Shown piece after piece: positions 1-10,217 of a stretch of 64,000 nt of DNA (the stretch's first letter is position 1; each line of letters begins with the position of its first letter). The translations under genes and the position numbers were made by a program. This DNA is from Candidatus Latescibacterota bacterium (GTDB lineage: Bacteria; Latescibacterota; UBA2968; UBA8231), in contig OZ242214.1 in NCBI GenBank assembly GCA_965206595.1, forward strand, positions 2,368,001-2,432,000. The letters are read 5' to 3'. The notes under the pieces were generated by a model. That model saw only the letters and a program-made list of their open reading frames with translations, did no database searches and was not told the DNA's origin.

Positions 1-780
1 CTTCACCTCGCAGGAGAGCGGCGACTGGTTGTATATCTCGCCGCCCTGCAGGAAACCGACGAAGAAGCTGTCGCAGCCGGTGTACCTGTGCGTGATCTCG
101 CCAAGGCGCTCGTTCTCGCGGTGGAAGCGGGTCACCAGCTCGGCGCCGGCGGCGACGACGTCCGGCAGCCCCTGCGGCCGCAGCACCTCGTGCACCGGCT
201 CCCCGTCCCGGGTGATCGAGATCTCGAAGATGAACATGCCACGTCCGGCCACCGGGAGGAAGTCGGCGAGGTACTCCGGCAGCATGACCCCGTCCCCGAG
301 GTAGCCGGCGGCGATCAGGGCCTTCATCTGCCTGCCGTCCCCCCAGGGCCCCTCGTGCTGGTCGTGGGCGGTCAGCAGCATCCCCCCCGACTGCGGGGCT
401 CCGCATTCCCGCAGCACCCGCATCGCCTCCACGGCCGCGGCGATGCCCCCTTTCATGTCGGAGCAGCCGGAGCCGTAGAGCACGCCGTCCTCGAGACGCG
501 GGGGCACGAAAGGCAGGTGCACGGTGTCGAGGTGGCCGTCCACCTGCAGGACGCGCCCGCCCTCTCCGAAACCCAGGCGCGCCACCACCGCCGGGGACTC
601 CGGCCAGTCGCAGACCGGGCGCTCGACGTCGAAACCGTCGGCCCGCAGCAGCTCGTCCAGGCGGCCGGCGACGTCCGCGGCGCTCAAGGTCGGGCTGGGA
701 ACCTCGATGAGGGCCGTGGCCGTCTCCAGCAGGCGGTCGCCGTTCACCGCGGCCTTGATCTTTTCTCGCAATTCATTCAC
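1..780 (-). CDS. M20 family metallopeptidase/deacylase (ArgE/DapE-like), 3' end beyond window
   Basis: Manual translation from GTG at 780: MNELREKIKAAVNGDRLLETATALIEVPSPT...VDGHLDTV...LYGSGCSDMKGG...HDQHEG; the GHLDTV and DMKGG metal motifs are typical of M20. Confidence 0.85.
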   Translation of the reverse strand, partial: MNELREKIKAAVNGDRLLETATALIEVPSPTLSAADVAGRLDELLRADGFDVERPVCDWPESPAVVARLGFGEGGRVLQVDGHLDTVHLPFVPPRLEDGVLYGSGCSDMKGGIAAAVEAMRVLRECGAPQSGGMLLTAHDQHEGPWGDGRQMKALIAAGYLGDGVMLPEYLADFLPVAGRGMFIFEISITRDGEPVHEVLRPQGLPDVVAAGAELVTRFHRENERLGEITHRYTGCDSFFVGFLQGGEIYNQSPLSCEVK

Positions 781-910
781 AGGTCGGTCCGTGGCTATTC
801 GAGGTTGGGATGGTCGTGTGTGCAGCATCCAGGTTCCGCAAAACTTTTTGGGAGAAACCAAGCCCGGACCTTCGACCTTCTCTTGCTTTCGCTTTTCCCA
901 ATAGAATAGA

Positions 911-1000
911 GAGATTGAAGAATTCCTGGGCGATTTCCCCAGCGTCGAGCGCTGGCAGATCGAATGGTACCTCGATCTCTGGTTGGAAGGGTCGGAATAA
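911..1000 (+). pseudogene. Possible C-terminal remnant of a DUF433 (antitoxin-like) protein
   Basis: EIEEFLGDFPSVERWQIEWYLDL resembles the DUF433 C-terminus (xxEEFLxDFPxV); in-frame TAG at 902, no start codon. Confidence 0.4.
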
Positions 1001-1006
1001 CCCCGG

Positions 1007-2047
1007 TCATCCCGCGCGCACGTCGAGCAGCAGCTTGACCCCTTCCTGGCGCTCGAACAGGGAGAACGCCTCGCGCCATTCGGTCAGGGGAAGCCGGTGG
1101 GAGATCAGCGCTTCCGTGTCCACCCTGCCCCTGCGCATCAGCTCGAGGGCGCGGCTCCAGGAGGTGGGCTGCTGGCCGAACGACCCGGTGAAGCGCAGCT
1201 CCTTGACCGCCACCGCCTCGAGATCGATCTCGACCGGAGCGCCGAACAGGCCGACCTGGGTGTACTTCCCCTGCTTGCGCACCAGCTTCAGGGCCAGGGC
1301 GGCGCCGGACGGATGCCCCGAGCACTCGAGAACGACATCGGCGCCGTACCCCCCCGAGAGCCCGGCGACGACCTCCTCGGCCTCTTCTTCTTCCACCACG
1401 ACGGCGCGCTCCGCCCCCAGCCGCAGCGCCAGGTCGAGCCGCTTGCGGTCCCGCCGCCGGCCGAAAATCACCGCCCTACCTCCTTCGGCGAGCGCCACCT
1501 GCAGGCAGAGCAGGCCGATGCTGCCCGGCCCGACCACGGCGACGAGGTCGCCTGCCGACACCCGGGTGAGCTCGATGACCGCATGCACGGCACAGGCCAG
1601 GGGCTCGCTCAGGGCCGCGGCGCGAAAGCCGACGTTTGCCGGCAGCTCGCGGATGCAGCGCTCGGGCGCCACACACAGGGGCGCGAACGAGCCGTCGTGC
1701 CAGTACCCCATCGACTCGCGGCGCAGACAGAGATTGATCGCGCCGCGGCGGCAGTAGCGGCAGTCCCCGCAGATGCGCACGCTCGGCAGGGCGGTGACGC
1801 GCATCCCCGGGGCGACCGACCCCACCCCTTCTCCGACCGCGGCCACCACCCCGCTGAACTCGTGGCCGACGACGACGGGCACGCGGATCGGGATCGCTAT
1901 CGCGTCCTCGTACACGTGCAGGTCGGAGCCGCAGATGCCCGCGGCCTCGACCTCGACCAGCACTTCCCCGGGCCCCGGGACCGGTTCGGCCACCTCGCGA
2001 ACCTCCATGTTTCCCGGTCCGCGCGCGTATTTGACGAGTCCTTTCAC
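1007..2047 (-). CDS. Zn-dependent alcohol/polyol dehydrogenase (MDR family, sorbitol/threonine DH-like)
   Basis: GICGSDLH, GHEFSG, CGDCRYC..C structural Zn site, GPGSIG; GTG start taken at 2047. Confidence 0.92.
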   Translation of the reverse strand: MKGLVKYARGPGNMEVREVAEPVPGPGEVLVEVEAAGICGSDLHVYEDAIAIPIRVPVVVGHEFSGVVAAVGEGVGSVAPGMRVTALPSVRICGDCRYCRRGAINLCLRRESMGYWHDGSFAPLCVAPERCIRELPANVGFRAAALSEPLACAVHAVIELTRVSAGDLVAVVGPGSIGLLCLQVALAEGGRAVIFGRRRDRKRLDLALRLGAERAVVVEEEEAEEVVAGLSGGYGADVVLECSGHPSGAALALKLVRKQGKYTQVGLFGAPVEIDLEAVAVKELRFTGSFGQQPTSWSRALELMRRGRVDTEALISHRLPLTEWREAFSLFERQEGVKLLLDVRAG

Positions 2048-2141
2048 GCCGTTTAGTCTCTCCAACCCGCTTTGGCAGGATACCCTTGCCTCTCAAGAAG
2101 TAGCCCATTCCCACAGCTCCGGCAACCGGGAGTCACCACCC

Positions 2142-3224
2142 ATGAGCGACAGCAGATACAAGGCCGCCATCATCGGCTGCGGCCGCCTCGGGCAGCATTA
2201 CGGCTGGTGCTATCACACCTTCCCCGACACCGAGATCGTCGCCATCGCCGAGCACAACCCGGAGCGCCGGCGGCGCGTCGGCGAGGTGTTCGGGGTCGAC
2301 GCCCTCTTCCCCGACGCCGACAGCCTGCTGAAGGAGATCGTCCCCGACGTCGTCTCGGTGGTGACGCCTACCAAGTACATGAAGGATGCGGTCATCGCCT
2401 GCGCCGAAGCCGGCGTCAAGGGGGTCACCACGGACAAGCCGATAGCGGCGCGGCTGTCCGACGCCGACGAGATGATCGCCGCCTGCGAATCGCGCGGGGT
2501 CGTGTACGGAGGGGGCAACCTGCAGCGGGCCATGTACGAAGTGCAGGAGGCGAGCCGCCGGTTTCTCCGCAGCGGCGAGCTCGGGGAGCTTCTCGGCGCC
2601 TCGGTGCATTCCTTCGGAGGCGAGATCTCCGGGGGCGGCTGCCAGCACATCTGCGTGCTCACCCTGTTCGCCGACGCCCTCGTCGAGGAGGTGACCGCCT
2701 GGGTTTCCCCGCCGGAGGCGCTCGCCCGGGAAGACGACGGGCTGGTCGTCAACGGGCGCTTCCGCCTCTCCTCCGGTCTCGAATGCCAGGTCTTCGGCCA
2801 GACCACTCCCTCGAGGGGGGTCGACGTCTTGACCGAGGAGGGCCTGGTGCGCTGGGACTGGAACCGACCGGAGGTGTACCAGGGGTTCGAGGCCGGGGGC
2901 GAGCGCCGCAGGCTCGAGTTCGAGTACGAGAAGCACGACTGGCCCCAGTTCTACTACATGGCCAGCTCCCTGCGTTCCTTCCTGGCGACCGTGGCCGGCG
3001 AGGGGGAGCTCTACATCTCCGGCGACAACCTGCGCCACGCCCTCGAGGTCGCCATCGCCTGCAAGCAGTCGGCCCTGTTGGGGAACGTCCCGGTATCGCT
3101 GCCGCTCGAGGACCGCTCCCTGGAGCTGAAGCCGCGGACCTACCGCTGGCTGGGCGGGGATGCCGAGGGCAGACCGCAGGCAGTGTCGGAGATCCTCACC
3201 GAAGCCCCGGACCAACGCCGGTGA
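2142..3224 (+). CDS. Gfo/Idh/MocA family oxidoreductase
   Basis: N-terminal IIGCGRLG Rossmann motif, DKP (EKP-like) motif, GCQH. Confidence 0.88.
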   Translation: MSDSRYKAAIIGCGRLGQHYGWCYHTFPDTEIVAIAEHNPERRRRVGEVFGVDALFPDADSLLKEIVPDVVSVVTPTKYMKDAVIACAEAGVKGVTTDKPIAARLSDADEMIAACESRGVVYGGGNLQRAMYEVQEASRRFLRSGELGELLGASVHSFGGEISGGGCQHICVLTLFADALVEEVTAWVSPPEALAREDDGLVVNGRFRLSSGLECQVFGQTTPSRGVDVLTEEGLVRWDWNRPEVYQGFEAGGERRRLEFEYEKHDWPQFYYMASSLRSFLATVAGEGELYISGDNLRHALEVAIACKQSALLGNVPVSLPLEDRSLELKPRTYRWLGGDAEGRPQAVSEILTEAPDQRR

Positions 3225-4939
3225 GAAGCGACCTCGACATCGCCCGGGCGACGACCCCCAAGCACATAACCGGCATCGCCGCGGACCTCGGCCTGTCCCC
3301 TGACGACCTCGACCTGTACGGCCGCTACAAGGCCAAGATCCACCTCGACGTCCTGGGGCGGCGGGAGCGCCGGGAGGGAGCGAAGTACGTCGTCGTCACG
3401 GCGATGACCCCGACGACGCACGGCGAGGGCAAGACCACGGCAACCGTCGGTCTCAGCCAGGCGCTGAACGCCCTCGGGGAACGCTCGATCGCCACCATCC
3501 GGCAGCCCTCGATGGGACCGACCTTCGGCATCAAGGGCGGAGCCGCGGGAGGCGGCCACGCGCAGGTGATCCCGATGGAGGAGCTCAACCTGCACCTGAC
3601 CGGCGACATCCACGCCGTCACCTCCGCGCACAGCCTGCTCGCCGCCGCGGTCGACGCCCGCCTCTACCACGAGGAGCGCCTCGACGACAGGCGGTTGCGG
3701 CGGCGCGGCTTGAAGCGGCTCGACATCGATCCGGAAGCCGTCACCTGGAAGCGGGTCGTCGACATGGGGGACCGCGCCCTGCGCGACATCGTCGTCAGCG
3801 ACGGCGGCGAGGGGGTGCGCCGCAACAGCGGCTACGACATCAGCGCCGCCTCCGAGGTGATGGCGATCCTGGCGCTGGCTTCCGGGCTCGGGGACCTGCG
3901 GCGGCGGCTGGGACGCATCGTCGTCGGCTTCGACCGGACCGGCAGGCCGGTGACCGCCGAAGACCTCGGGGCCGCCGGCGCCATGGCGGTCCTGCTCAAG
4001 GACGCGATGATGCCCAACCTGCTGCAGACGCTGGAGAACAGCCCGGTGCTCGTCCACGCCGGTCCGTTCGCCAACATCGCCCACGGCAACAGCTCCATCG
4101 TCGCCGACGAGATCGCCCTGCGCCTTCTGGGAACAGGGTATCTCGTCACCGAAAGCGGCTTCGGCGCCGACTGCGGTTTCGAGAAGTTCTGCCACGTCAA
4201 GTGCCGCTACTCCGGCCTCGACCCGGACTGCGCCGTCATCGTCGCCACCGTGCGCGCCATCAAGTCGCACGGCGGGGCTCCTGCCAAGGCCCGTAACCCT
4301 GGGGAAGCCCAGGAGAGGGAATGGCTGGAGCAAGGGCTCGGCAACCTCGCTGCCAACATCGGCATCGTGCGCCGGTTCGGGGTCCCCGCGGTCGTCGCCG
4401 TCAACCGCTTCAGCGGCGACACCGACGCCGAGGTCGACCGCGTCATCGCGGCGGCCCTCGCCCACGGGGCCGAAGCAGCGTGTTCCTGCGAGGTCTGGGA
4501 TCGCGGGGGCGCCGGGGGCGCCGACCTCGCCCGTGCGGTGATCGATTGCTGCGCGTCCGGATCGAGCTTCCGGCCCCTCTACGGGGAGGAGACGCCGCTG
4601 CGCGAGAAGATGGAAACCGTGGCCACCCAGGTGTACGGAGCGTCCGGAATCGCCCTTGCCCCGGAAGCGGAGAAGAGCATCGAGCGCTACGAGCAGCTCG
4701 GTTTCGGAGCCCTTCCCGTCAACATGGCCAAAACCCACCTTTCGCTTTCCCACAACCCGGAGCTGAGGGGGGTCCCCTCCGGCTTCGAGCTTCCGGTTAG
4801 GGACGTCGCGCTCTCCGCGGGCGCCGGTTTCCTCGTCCCCCTGTGCGGGGAGATCCGCCGCATGCCGGGGCTGCCTTCGCGGCCTGCCTTCATGAACCTC
4901 GACCTCGACGAAGAGGGACAGGTGGTCGGGCTGGCGTGA
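3221..4939 (+). CDS. fhs: Formate--tetrahydrofolate ligase
   Basis: TPTTHGEGKTT, RQPSMGPTFGIKGGAAGGG, VHAGPFANIAHG, AKTHLSLS, MPGLP; GTG overlaps the upstream TGA. Confidence 0.96.
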   Translation: MRSDLDIARATTPKHITGIAADLGLSPDDLDLYGRYKAKIHLDVLGRRERREGAKYVVVTAMTPTTHGEGKTTATVGLSQALNALGERSIATIRQPSMGPTFGIKGGAAGGGHAQVIPMEELNLHLTGDIHAVTSAHSLLAAAVDARLYHEERLDDRRLRRRGLKRLDIDPEAVTWKRVVDMGDRALRDIVVSDGGEGVRRNSGYDISAASEVMAILALASGLGDLRRRLGRIVVGFDRTGRPVTAEDLGAAGAMAVLLKDAMMPNLLQTLENSPVLVHAGPFANIAHGNSSIVADEIALRLLGTGYLVTESGFGADCGFEKFCHVKCRYSGLDPDCAVIVATVRAIKSHGGAPAKARNPGEAQEREWLEQGLGNLAANIGIVRRFGVPAVVAVNRFSGDTDAEVDRVIAAALAHGAEAACSCEVWDRGGAGGADLARAVIDCCASGSSFRPLYGEETPLREKMETVATQVYGASGIALAPEAEKSIERYEQLGFGALPVNMAKTHLSLSHNPELRGVPSGFELPVRDVALSAGAGFLVPLCGEIRRMPGLPSRPAFMNLDLDEEGQVVGLA

Positions 4940-5445
4940 CCCCGGAACAGCGATACCTCTTCGACATCCAGGAATTCCTCCACCTCGAGAAAGCCCTCCC
5001 CGGTTCCGAGTTGGAGGCCGCGCAACAAGGGCGGGTACAGCAACGGTTTTTCCTTCGACCCGGCATTCGAGCGCCTCGCCCTGCACCGGTCGATCTGGCC
5101 CCTGGTCGTCGAGCTCACCGCTGGCAAGCCGCGGCTGGCGAGCGGCACCCTGCGGGTCAACACGCACGAGGACGACCGCTTCGGCCCCCTGCACAGCGCC
5201 CGCGAAAGCTGGGGAGACGTCGAGACACCCCGTTACTTCACCCGCGACGGCAGGATCTACTGCGACTTCACCGTCGCCTTCTTCTACCTGAGCGACGTGC
5301 ATCCGGGAGACGGGGGTCTGGTGCTGATACCCGGCTCGCAGAGGAAGTCACCTCGTGGCTGCTGCCCGAGGTCCGGGAGCTGGTCGAGTTTCAGCCCCGC
5401 AACAAGGTCAAGAAGATCGTCGAGAGCGACCGGCCACTGGGTTGA
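4936..5445 (+). pseudogene. PhyH (2OG-Fe(II) dioxygenase) pseudogene with internal deletions/frameshifts
   Basis: MTPEQRYLFDIQEFLHLEKAL; frame change at ~5030 to YSNGFSFDPAFERLALH...FFYLSDVHPGDGGLVLIPGS; frame change at ~5342 to EEVTSWLLPEVRELVEF; region holding the distal His is missing. Confidence 0.75.
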
Positions 5446-5698
5446 TGGTGCCGGAGACCTGGCAGCCCCCGGTGGGTGCCTTGTCCTCGACCGTCATGAC
5501 GCACCAACAGATCAACTATGGCAACGGGCTGTCAGACAGCCCCGGGAATGGATCCGAGAAAGAGGGTGGGAAGGGGCCCGGAATCTGCGCTGAGCTTCAG
5601 GGATTCCGGGGTACAGCGGTGGGATGCACAGGTGGGGCTGCGGGCGGACGCGACGCCCGGAAACAGGAGCCAGCGCCCGCCCGTGAGACCGGTTCCCG

Positions 5699-6214
5699 TC
5701 AGGAATTCTCCGCGGCCGCCAACAGCTCGGCGACCTCGTACACCACTCCATCCACGGACACCGTTCCCCCGTACTCCTGGTTCGCCAAATCGATGGTCAT
5801 GTCGACACCGATGTCCACCGGTGTTTCATAGGCTTCGCCGCTTCCCACGAGGTCCCCCTTGAGGGTGGGCGGCTCTGCCGTTCCGTCGAAGGTCAACTCG
5901 CCGTCGAGGACGAGCTCTCCGTCCTGCGAAAACTCCTCCAGCGTCATCTTGTTGTCCGCGACCGTTATCGTTCCTCCCGCCTCCCCTTCGATGGTGCCGC
6001 CCCCCAGGGCCAGTTTCAGGAACGCCTCCTGCATAACCGGCTGGAGCGTTCCGAACAGCTCCATTGCCTGCGCCTGGGCGACTTCGGGGTCCCCGTTACC
6101 GTTTTCCGGCTCCGTCGGACCGGTCTCCTCCTCGTCGCCGCACGCCAGGAACAGGGGCAGAATTCCGATCAGCATCCAGGTATGGCGGCGGCGGTTCGCA
6201 AGCCGTAGTCTCAT
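5699..6214 (-). CDS. Acidic lipoprotein, unknown function
   Basis: AAGGAGG RBS before ATG 6214; signal peptide with lipobox LFLA-C followed by an acidic linker. Confidence 0.75.
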   Translation of the reverse strand: MRLRLANRRRHTWMLIGILPLFLACGDEEETGPTEPENGNGDPEVAQAQAMELFGTLQPVMQEAFLKLALGGGTIEGEAGGTITVADNKMTLEEFSQDGELVLDGELTFDGTAEPPTLKGDLVGSGEAYETPVDIGVDMTIDLANQEYGGTVSVDGVVYEVAELLAAAENS

Positions 6215-6347
6215 GAGATCCTCCTTTGTCAGTGCGAAATTATCGCGGTTCGGTGGTGGAATATCCGCCACCATAATAGCGCATAAACCGACCGATGCGA
6301 GCCCTGCGATCCATACCCGCCCTGCCGCGGCAGGGCGACCCCGAATA

Positions 6348-7181
6348 ATGAACCCTTTCCGCATCGACGCCCCTTCCGTCGATCACCTCGCCGGTTTCGA
6401 CGAAGAGGGATTCATCTCCTTCGAGGACGCGATGAGGGACGGGTTTCGCGACGCCCTCATCGATGAGGTCCTCGCCCGCGGTCCGGTGAGGGAATTCCTT
6501 TCCGGCGCCGATCGCGACCGGCTCGCCGACCCGACCCGCTATTTCGAGCGACCCTGGAACGACCGCGGACCGTTCTCGGACGCCCTGATCGACGCGCCCC
6601 TGATCACCGCCCTGCTCGAGAGAACCGTCGGCCGGGACTACCACTTCTGCCACTCGGCGATGAACCTCGCCCTGCCCGGAGCCGGGCGGCAGCCGCTCCA
6701 CCAGGACCACCACCACTGGAAGCACGACAACCCGGTCAACCTCGCCGAACGGGGCCGCTACTACATCCAGGTTCTCTACTACCCCAACGGCTTCACGCGT
6801 AGCGACCGCAGCCTCTGCGTCGTTCCCGGCAGCCACCGCATCGACCCCACGCCCGAGGTAACCCCCGAGCGCCTGCTCTCCGGTGAGCTCGACGAGGAAG
6901 CGGGCTGCAGGCTCGAGCTCGTGCAGCTCGAGCTGCCCCCGGGCAGCTTCGTGTGCCTCAACGCCCGCATGTTCCACGGGGTCGATCCCAAGCCGCCGGC
7001 ATCCCCGCAGCCGTACCGCATCTTCCTGATCGACATCTTCAAGCAGGCCGGGCCGCCCCACCGCTTCACGCAGGAGATCCCCCAAGAGTGGATGGCCCGG
7101 GCGAACCCGCACCGCCGTCGCCTGTTCGCACGCGAGCCCTACACCGAGGGCTGCTGGCTGCGGCAGGAGCGCGCGTGGTAG
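6348..7181 (+). CDS. Phytanoyl-CoA dioxygenase (PhyH) family protein
   Basis: FDEEGF N-terminus, LHQD, VVPGSH, MFHG facial triad. Confidence 0.88.
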   Translation: MNPFRIDAPSVDHLAGFDEEGFISFEDAMRDGFRDALIDEVLARGPVREFLSGADRDRLADPTRYFERPWNDRGPFSDALIDAPLITALLERTVGRDYHFCHSAMNLALPGAGRQPLHQDHHHWKHDNPVNLAERGRYYIQVLYYPNGFTRSDRSLCVVPGSHRIDPTPEVTPERLLSGELDEEAGCRLELVQLELPPGSFVCLNARMFHGVDPKPPASPQPYRIFLIDIFKQAGPPHRFTQEIPQEWMARANPHRRRLFAREPYTEGCWLRQERAW

Positions 7182-8097
7182 CGATCACCGTGGTCGGCAG
7201 CTTCGTCGTCGGCATCACCGTCAGGGTGCCGCGCATGCCGGTGCCCGGGGAAGGGCTGATCGGCGATCTCTTCGACCTGGGGCCCGGCGGCAAGGGGACC
7301 AACCAGGCGGTCGGGGCCGCCCGCCTCGGCGCCGGCGTCAGCCTCGTCGCCTGCACCGGCGACGACCTGTTCGCCCCGGTCGCCGACGAGCTCTTCGAGC
7401 AGGAGGGGATCTCCCGCGAGCACATCCACCGCATCCCGGGCGTCAACACCGCGGTCGGCATGGTTACCGTCCTGCCCTCGGGGGAGAACGCCATCGTCGG
7501 GCATCTCGGGGCCAACATGGAAATGCGTCCCGAACACGTCGAGGCGGCCGCGGACCTGATCGCCGCCAGCGACATCGTCATGACCCAGTTCGAGGTGCCC
7601 CCCGAGGCGGTCGAGCGGGCCATGGAGCTGGGCGGCAGGCACGGGGCCCTGACCCTGCTCAACCCGGCGCCGGCGCGGGCGGTCGAGCCGCGGCAGCTCC
7701 GAAACGTCGACTTGATGACCCCTAACGAGACCGAGACCCGCATCCTGCTGGGGCTGGCCCCGGACGATCCCACGCCGACCGAAGAGCTGGCGCGCCGGCT
7801 CCTCGATCTCGGGGTCGGGCGCATCGTCGTCACCCGGGGGAAGCGCGGCTCCCTGATCGTCACGGCCGGGGGAATCGTCGAAATCCCGGCGCCGCGGATC
7901 GACGCGGTCGACGCCACCGGGGCGGGCGACAGCTTCAACGCCGCCCTGGCCACCGGCCTGGGAGAGGGGCTGCCGCTGCCCGATGCGGTGGCGCAGGCCA
8001 ACTGCGCCGGGGCCTTCTGCGCCACCGCATCGGGGTCGTCGACGGCCTCCCGACCCGCGCCGAGCTCGAGGGGTTCATCGCCGCGAACCCGGCCTGA
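7175..8097 (+). CDS. rbsK: Ribokinase (PfkB family); 1-nt frameshift near 8025
   Basis: GPGGKGTNQAVGAARLG, NPAPA, TPNETE, DATGAGDSF; expected C-terminus IGVVDGLPTRAELEGFIAANPA* lies in another frame ending at TGA 8097. Confidence 0.85.
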
Positions 8098-8108
8098 CAG
8101 GAGAAGAG

Positions 8109-9392
8109 ATGGGTATCGAATACCAGTACGCCGGCCTGAGAAACCCCCGGTCCCCCGGGCTTCCGGTCGAGGCCTGCAGCGCCCGCCTGCACCGGTTCGC
8201 CTGTGCCGAGTCCCGCCTGATGTTCCTAGAAGCGGCCCACATCATCAGTACCCCTGAGCGGGACGTGAAGGCCCTGCTGTCCCGCTGCCAGTACGAGGAC
8301 GGCCAACACGCCGACCGCCTCCGCCACAGGCTCACCGAGCTGCGGGCTTCCCGGAGGCGGGCGTTCGCGGAGCCGGACCCCGACCTCGAGGTCCTCTTCG
8401 ACGAGGCAATGCACTCGCGCGGAACCCCGGAACTGCTGGCCGCCCTCACTCTGGTCGTCAAGCCGGCCATGGTCGAGGCGTACCGCCGCTACGAGCGGGA
8501 GACCAACGGGCTCGCCGACTACGCCAGCCTGCGCGCCCTGCGGGAGATCGTCGCCGAGGAGGAGGAGGGGCTCGCCCTGCTGCGAGCCGCGTACGCCGAC
8601 GCCGTCGGGTCATCCTCCCGGGCGCGGAGCCAGGCCGATGAATGGTCCGCCCATCTCGGTCAGCTTCTCGAGGCAGCCGGTGGGATCGACGGCAGCGGCA
8701 AGAAGCGGCCTGATGCGCTACGCACCAGCCGCGGCCGCTCCCCCTACCGGATTCCGCGGCGCAAGGCCTGGGACGACACCTTCCCGAAGGTGTGGGACAT
8801 CGAGCACGTCGGCGGCGAGGAGGTGCCGCCGCGACTCGCCCAGATGATCTGCACCCGCCTCGGGGAGCTCACTATAGCCGAAGCGCTCTCGTTCGTGCTC
8901 TGCGAGACCGGGGAGCAGCCTTGGCAGTTCTACATCGACGTCTCGCGCCACATGTGGGACGAGATGCGCCACTCCCTGTTCGGCGAGGCCGCCATCGAGG
9001 ACCTGCTCGGGGACCGCGCCGCCCTGCCGCTGCGGGAGTGGGAGACGGAGTACCTCTACCAGCTCGAGCCGCTGCCCCTCTACGCCATGCTCTGCGACGT
9101 CGAGTCCGGCCTCATGAAATACCCGCCCGGCAAGCGCTTCGAGTACGAGTTCTGCCGCGACCGGTCACGCCACCCGCTGATGACGACGTTGCAGGACTTC
9201 GACTGGGCCGACGAGGTGCTGCACGTCAACATCGCTCGCCGCCGGCTCAAGGCCTGGTACCCGGGCTCCCAGCAGGAGCTGGCCGCCCTGGCCGCGGACG
9301 GCATCGAGGCCCGCACCCGCGCCCGCGACAAGCATCCGCCGGCGCCCCTGCCCGACATCGAAACCGCCCTGGCCAAAAGGAGACAGCCATGA
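8109..9392 (+). CDS. Tandem ferritin-like (diiron ExxH motifs, DUF455-like) protein
   Basis: EDGQH in the N-half; DEMRH and DEVLH in the C-half; helical composition; RBS GGAGA. Confidence 0.6.
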   Translation: MGIEYQYAGLRNPRSPGLPVEACSARLHRFACAESRLMFLEAAHIISTPERDVKALLSRCQYEDGQHADRLRHRLTELRASRRRAFAEPDPDLEVLFDEAMHSRGTPELLAALTLVVKPAMVEAYRRYERETNGLADYASLRALREIVAEEEEGLALLRAAYADAVGSSSRARSQADEWSAHLGQLLEAAGGIDGSGKKRPDALRTSRGRSPYRIPRRKAWDDTFPKVWDIEHVGGEEVPPRLAQMICTRLGELTIAEALSFVLCETGEQPWQFYIDVSRHMWDEMRHSLFGEAAIEDLLGDRAALPLREWETEYLYQLEPLPLYAMLCDVESGLMKYPPGKRFEYEFCRDRSRHPLMTTLQDFDWADEVLHVNIARRRLKAWYPGSQQELAALAADGIEARTRARDKHPPAPLPDIETALAKRRQP

Positions 9393-10204
9393 TCGCGACG
9401 ACGATCGCAGTCAGCGAAGATCAGGTGGCGTTCTTCCGCGAGCACGGCTACCTCGTGCTCGAGGCGATCACGACGCCGGAGGAGGTGGCGGAGCTGCGCG
9501 CCATCTGCGACCGGCTGTTCGCCGAGCAGGCCGGCAGGAAGGAAGGGAACCAGTACGACCTCGCCGGCACCGACGAGGAGGACCTGCCCGCCCGCCTGCC
9601 GCAGATCGTCAACCCCGTCAACTACGACCCCGGGCTCCGGGACACCCTGTTCCGCGCCAACGCCGCCGCGGTCGGCAGGGGCCTGCTCGGGGAGGATGCC
9701 GGGTTCCAGGGAGAGCACGCCATCGTCAAGCCGCCCGGGATCGGCGGCCCCGCCCCGTGGCACCAGGACGAGGCGTACTGGAAGGAGGAGCTGGAGTACG
9801 ACAGTCTCAGCGTCTGGCTCGCCCTGCAGGACACGACGGTGGAAAACGGCTGCATGCAGTTCATACCCGGCAGCCACGAGCTGGAGGTCCTCCCCCACCA
9901 CACCATCGGCCGCGACCCGAGGATCCACGGCCTCGAGGTGGACGAGGTCGATCCCTCCGCCGCGGTCCCCTGCCCGGTTCCGGCCGGCGGGGCGACCATC
10001 CACCACTGCCGCACCCTGCATTTCTCCGGCCCCAACCGCACCGGCGATACGCGGCGGGCCTACATCCACACCTGGGCCGCCCCGTACAGGAAGCGGGAGG
10101 CGCCGCGCGACTTCTACTGGCAGCGGAGCCGCAGGACCGCCCGCGATGAGCGGCGCCGCCAGACGGGAACCGTATCGGTCTCTTCAGGGCGGGTCACGGA
10201 CTGA
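9389..10204 (+). CDS. PhyH family dioxygenase
   Basis: FFREHGYLV, PWHQD, ENGCMQFIPGSH, TLHFSGPN, RRA. Confidence 0.92.
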   Translation: MIATTIAVSEDQVAFFREHGYLVLEAITTPEEVAELRAICDRLFAEQAGRKEGNQYDLAGTDEEDLPARLPQIVNPVNYDPGLRDTLFRANAAAVGRGLLGEDAGFQGEHAIVKPPGIGGPAPWHQDEAYWKEELEYDSLSVWLALQDTTVENGCMQFIPGSHELEVLPHHTIGRDPRIHGLEVDEVDPSAAVPCPVPAGGATIHHCRTLHFSGPNRTGDTRRAYIHTWAAPYRKREAPRDFYWQRSRRTARDERRRQTGTVSVSSGRVTD

Positions 10205-10217
10205 AGGGGCCGCGCCC

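Noticed and set aside
88-909. 273-aa + strand ORF, and other long ORFs antisense to called genes (e.g. 3140-5302, 18514-21054, 22388-24676, 42756-45371)
   Set aside because: Shadow ORFs of GC-rich coding strands; no family motifs.
2072-3220. N-terminal extension making Fhs a 955-aa fusion
   Set aside because: Off-frame read of the Gfo/Idh/MocA gene; Fhs homology starts at GTG 3221.
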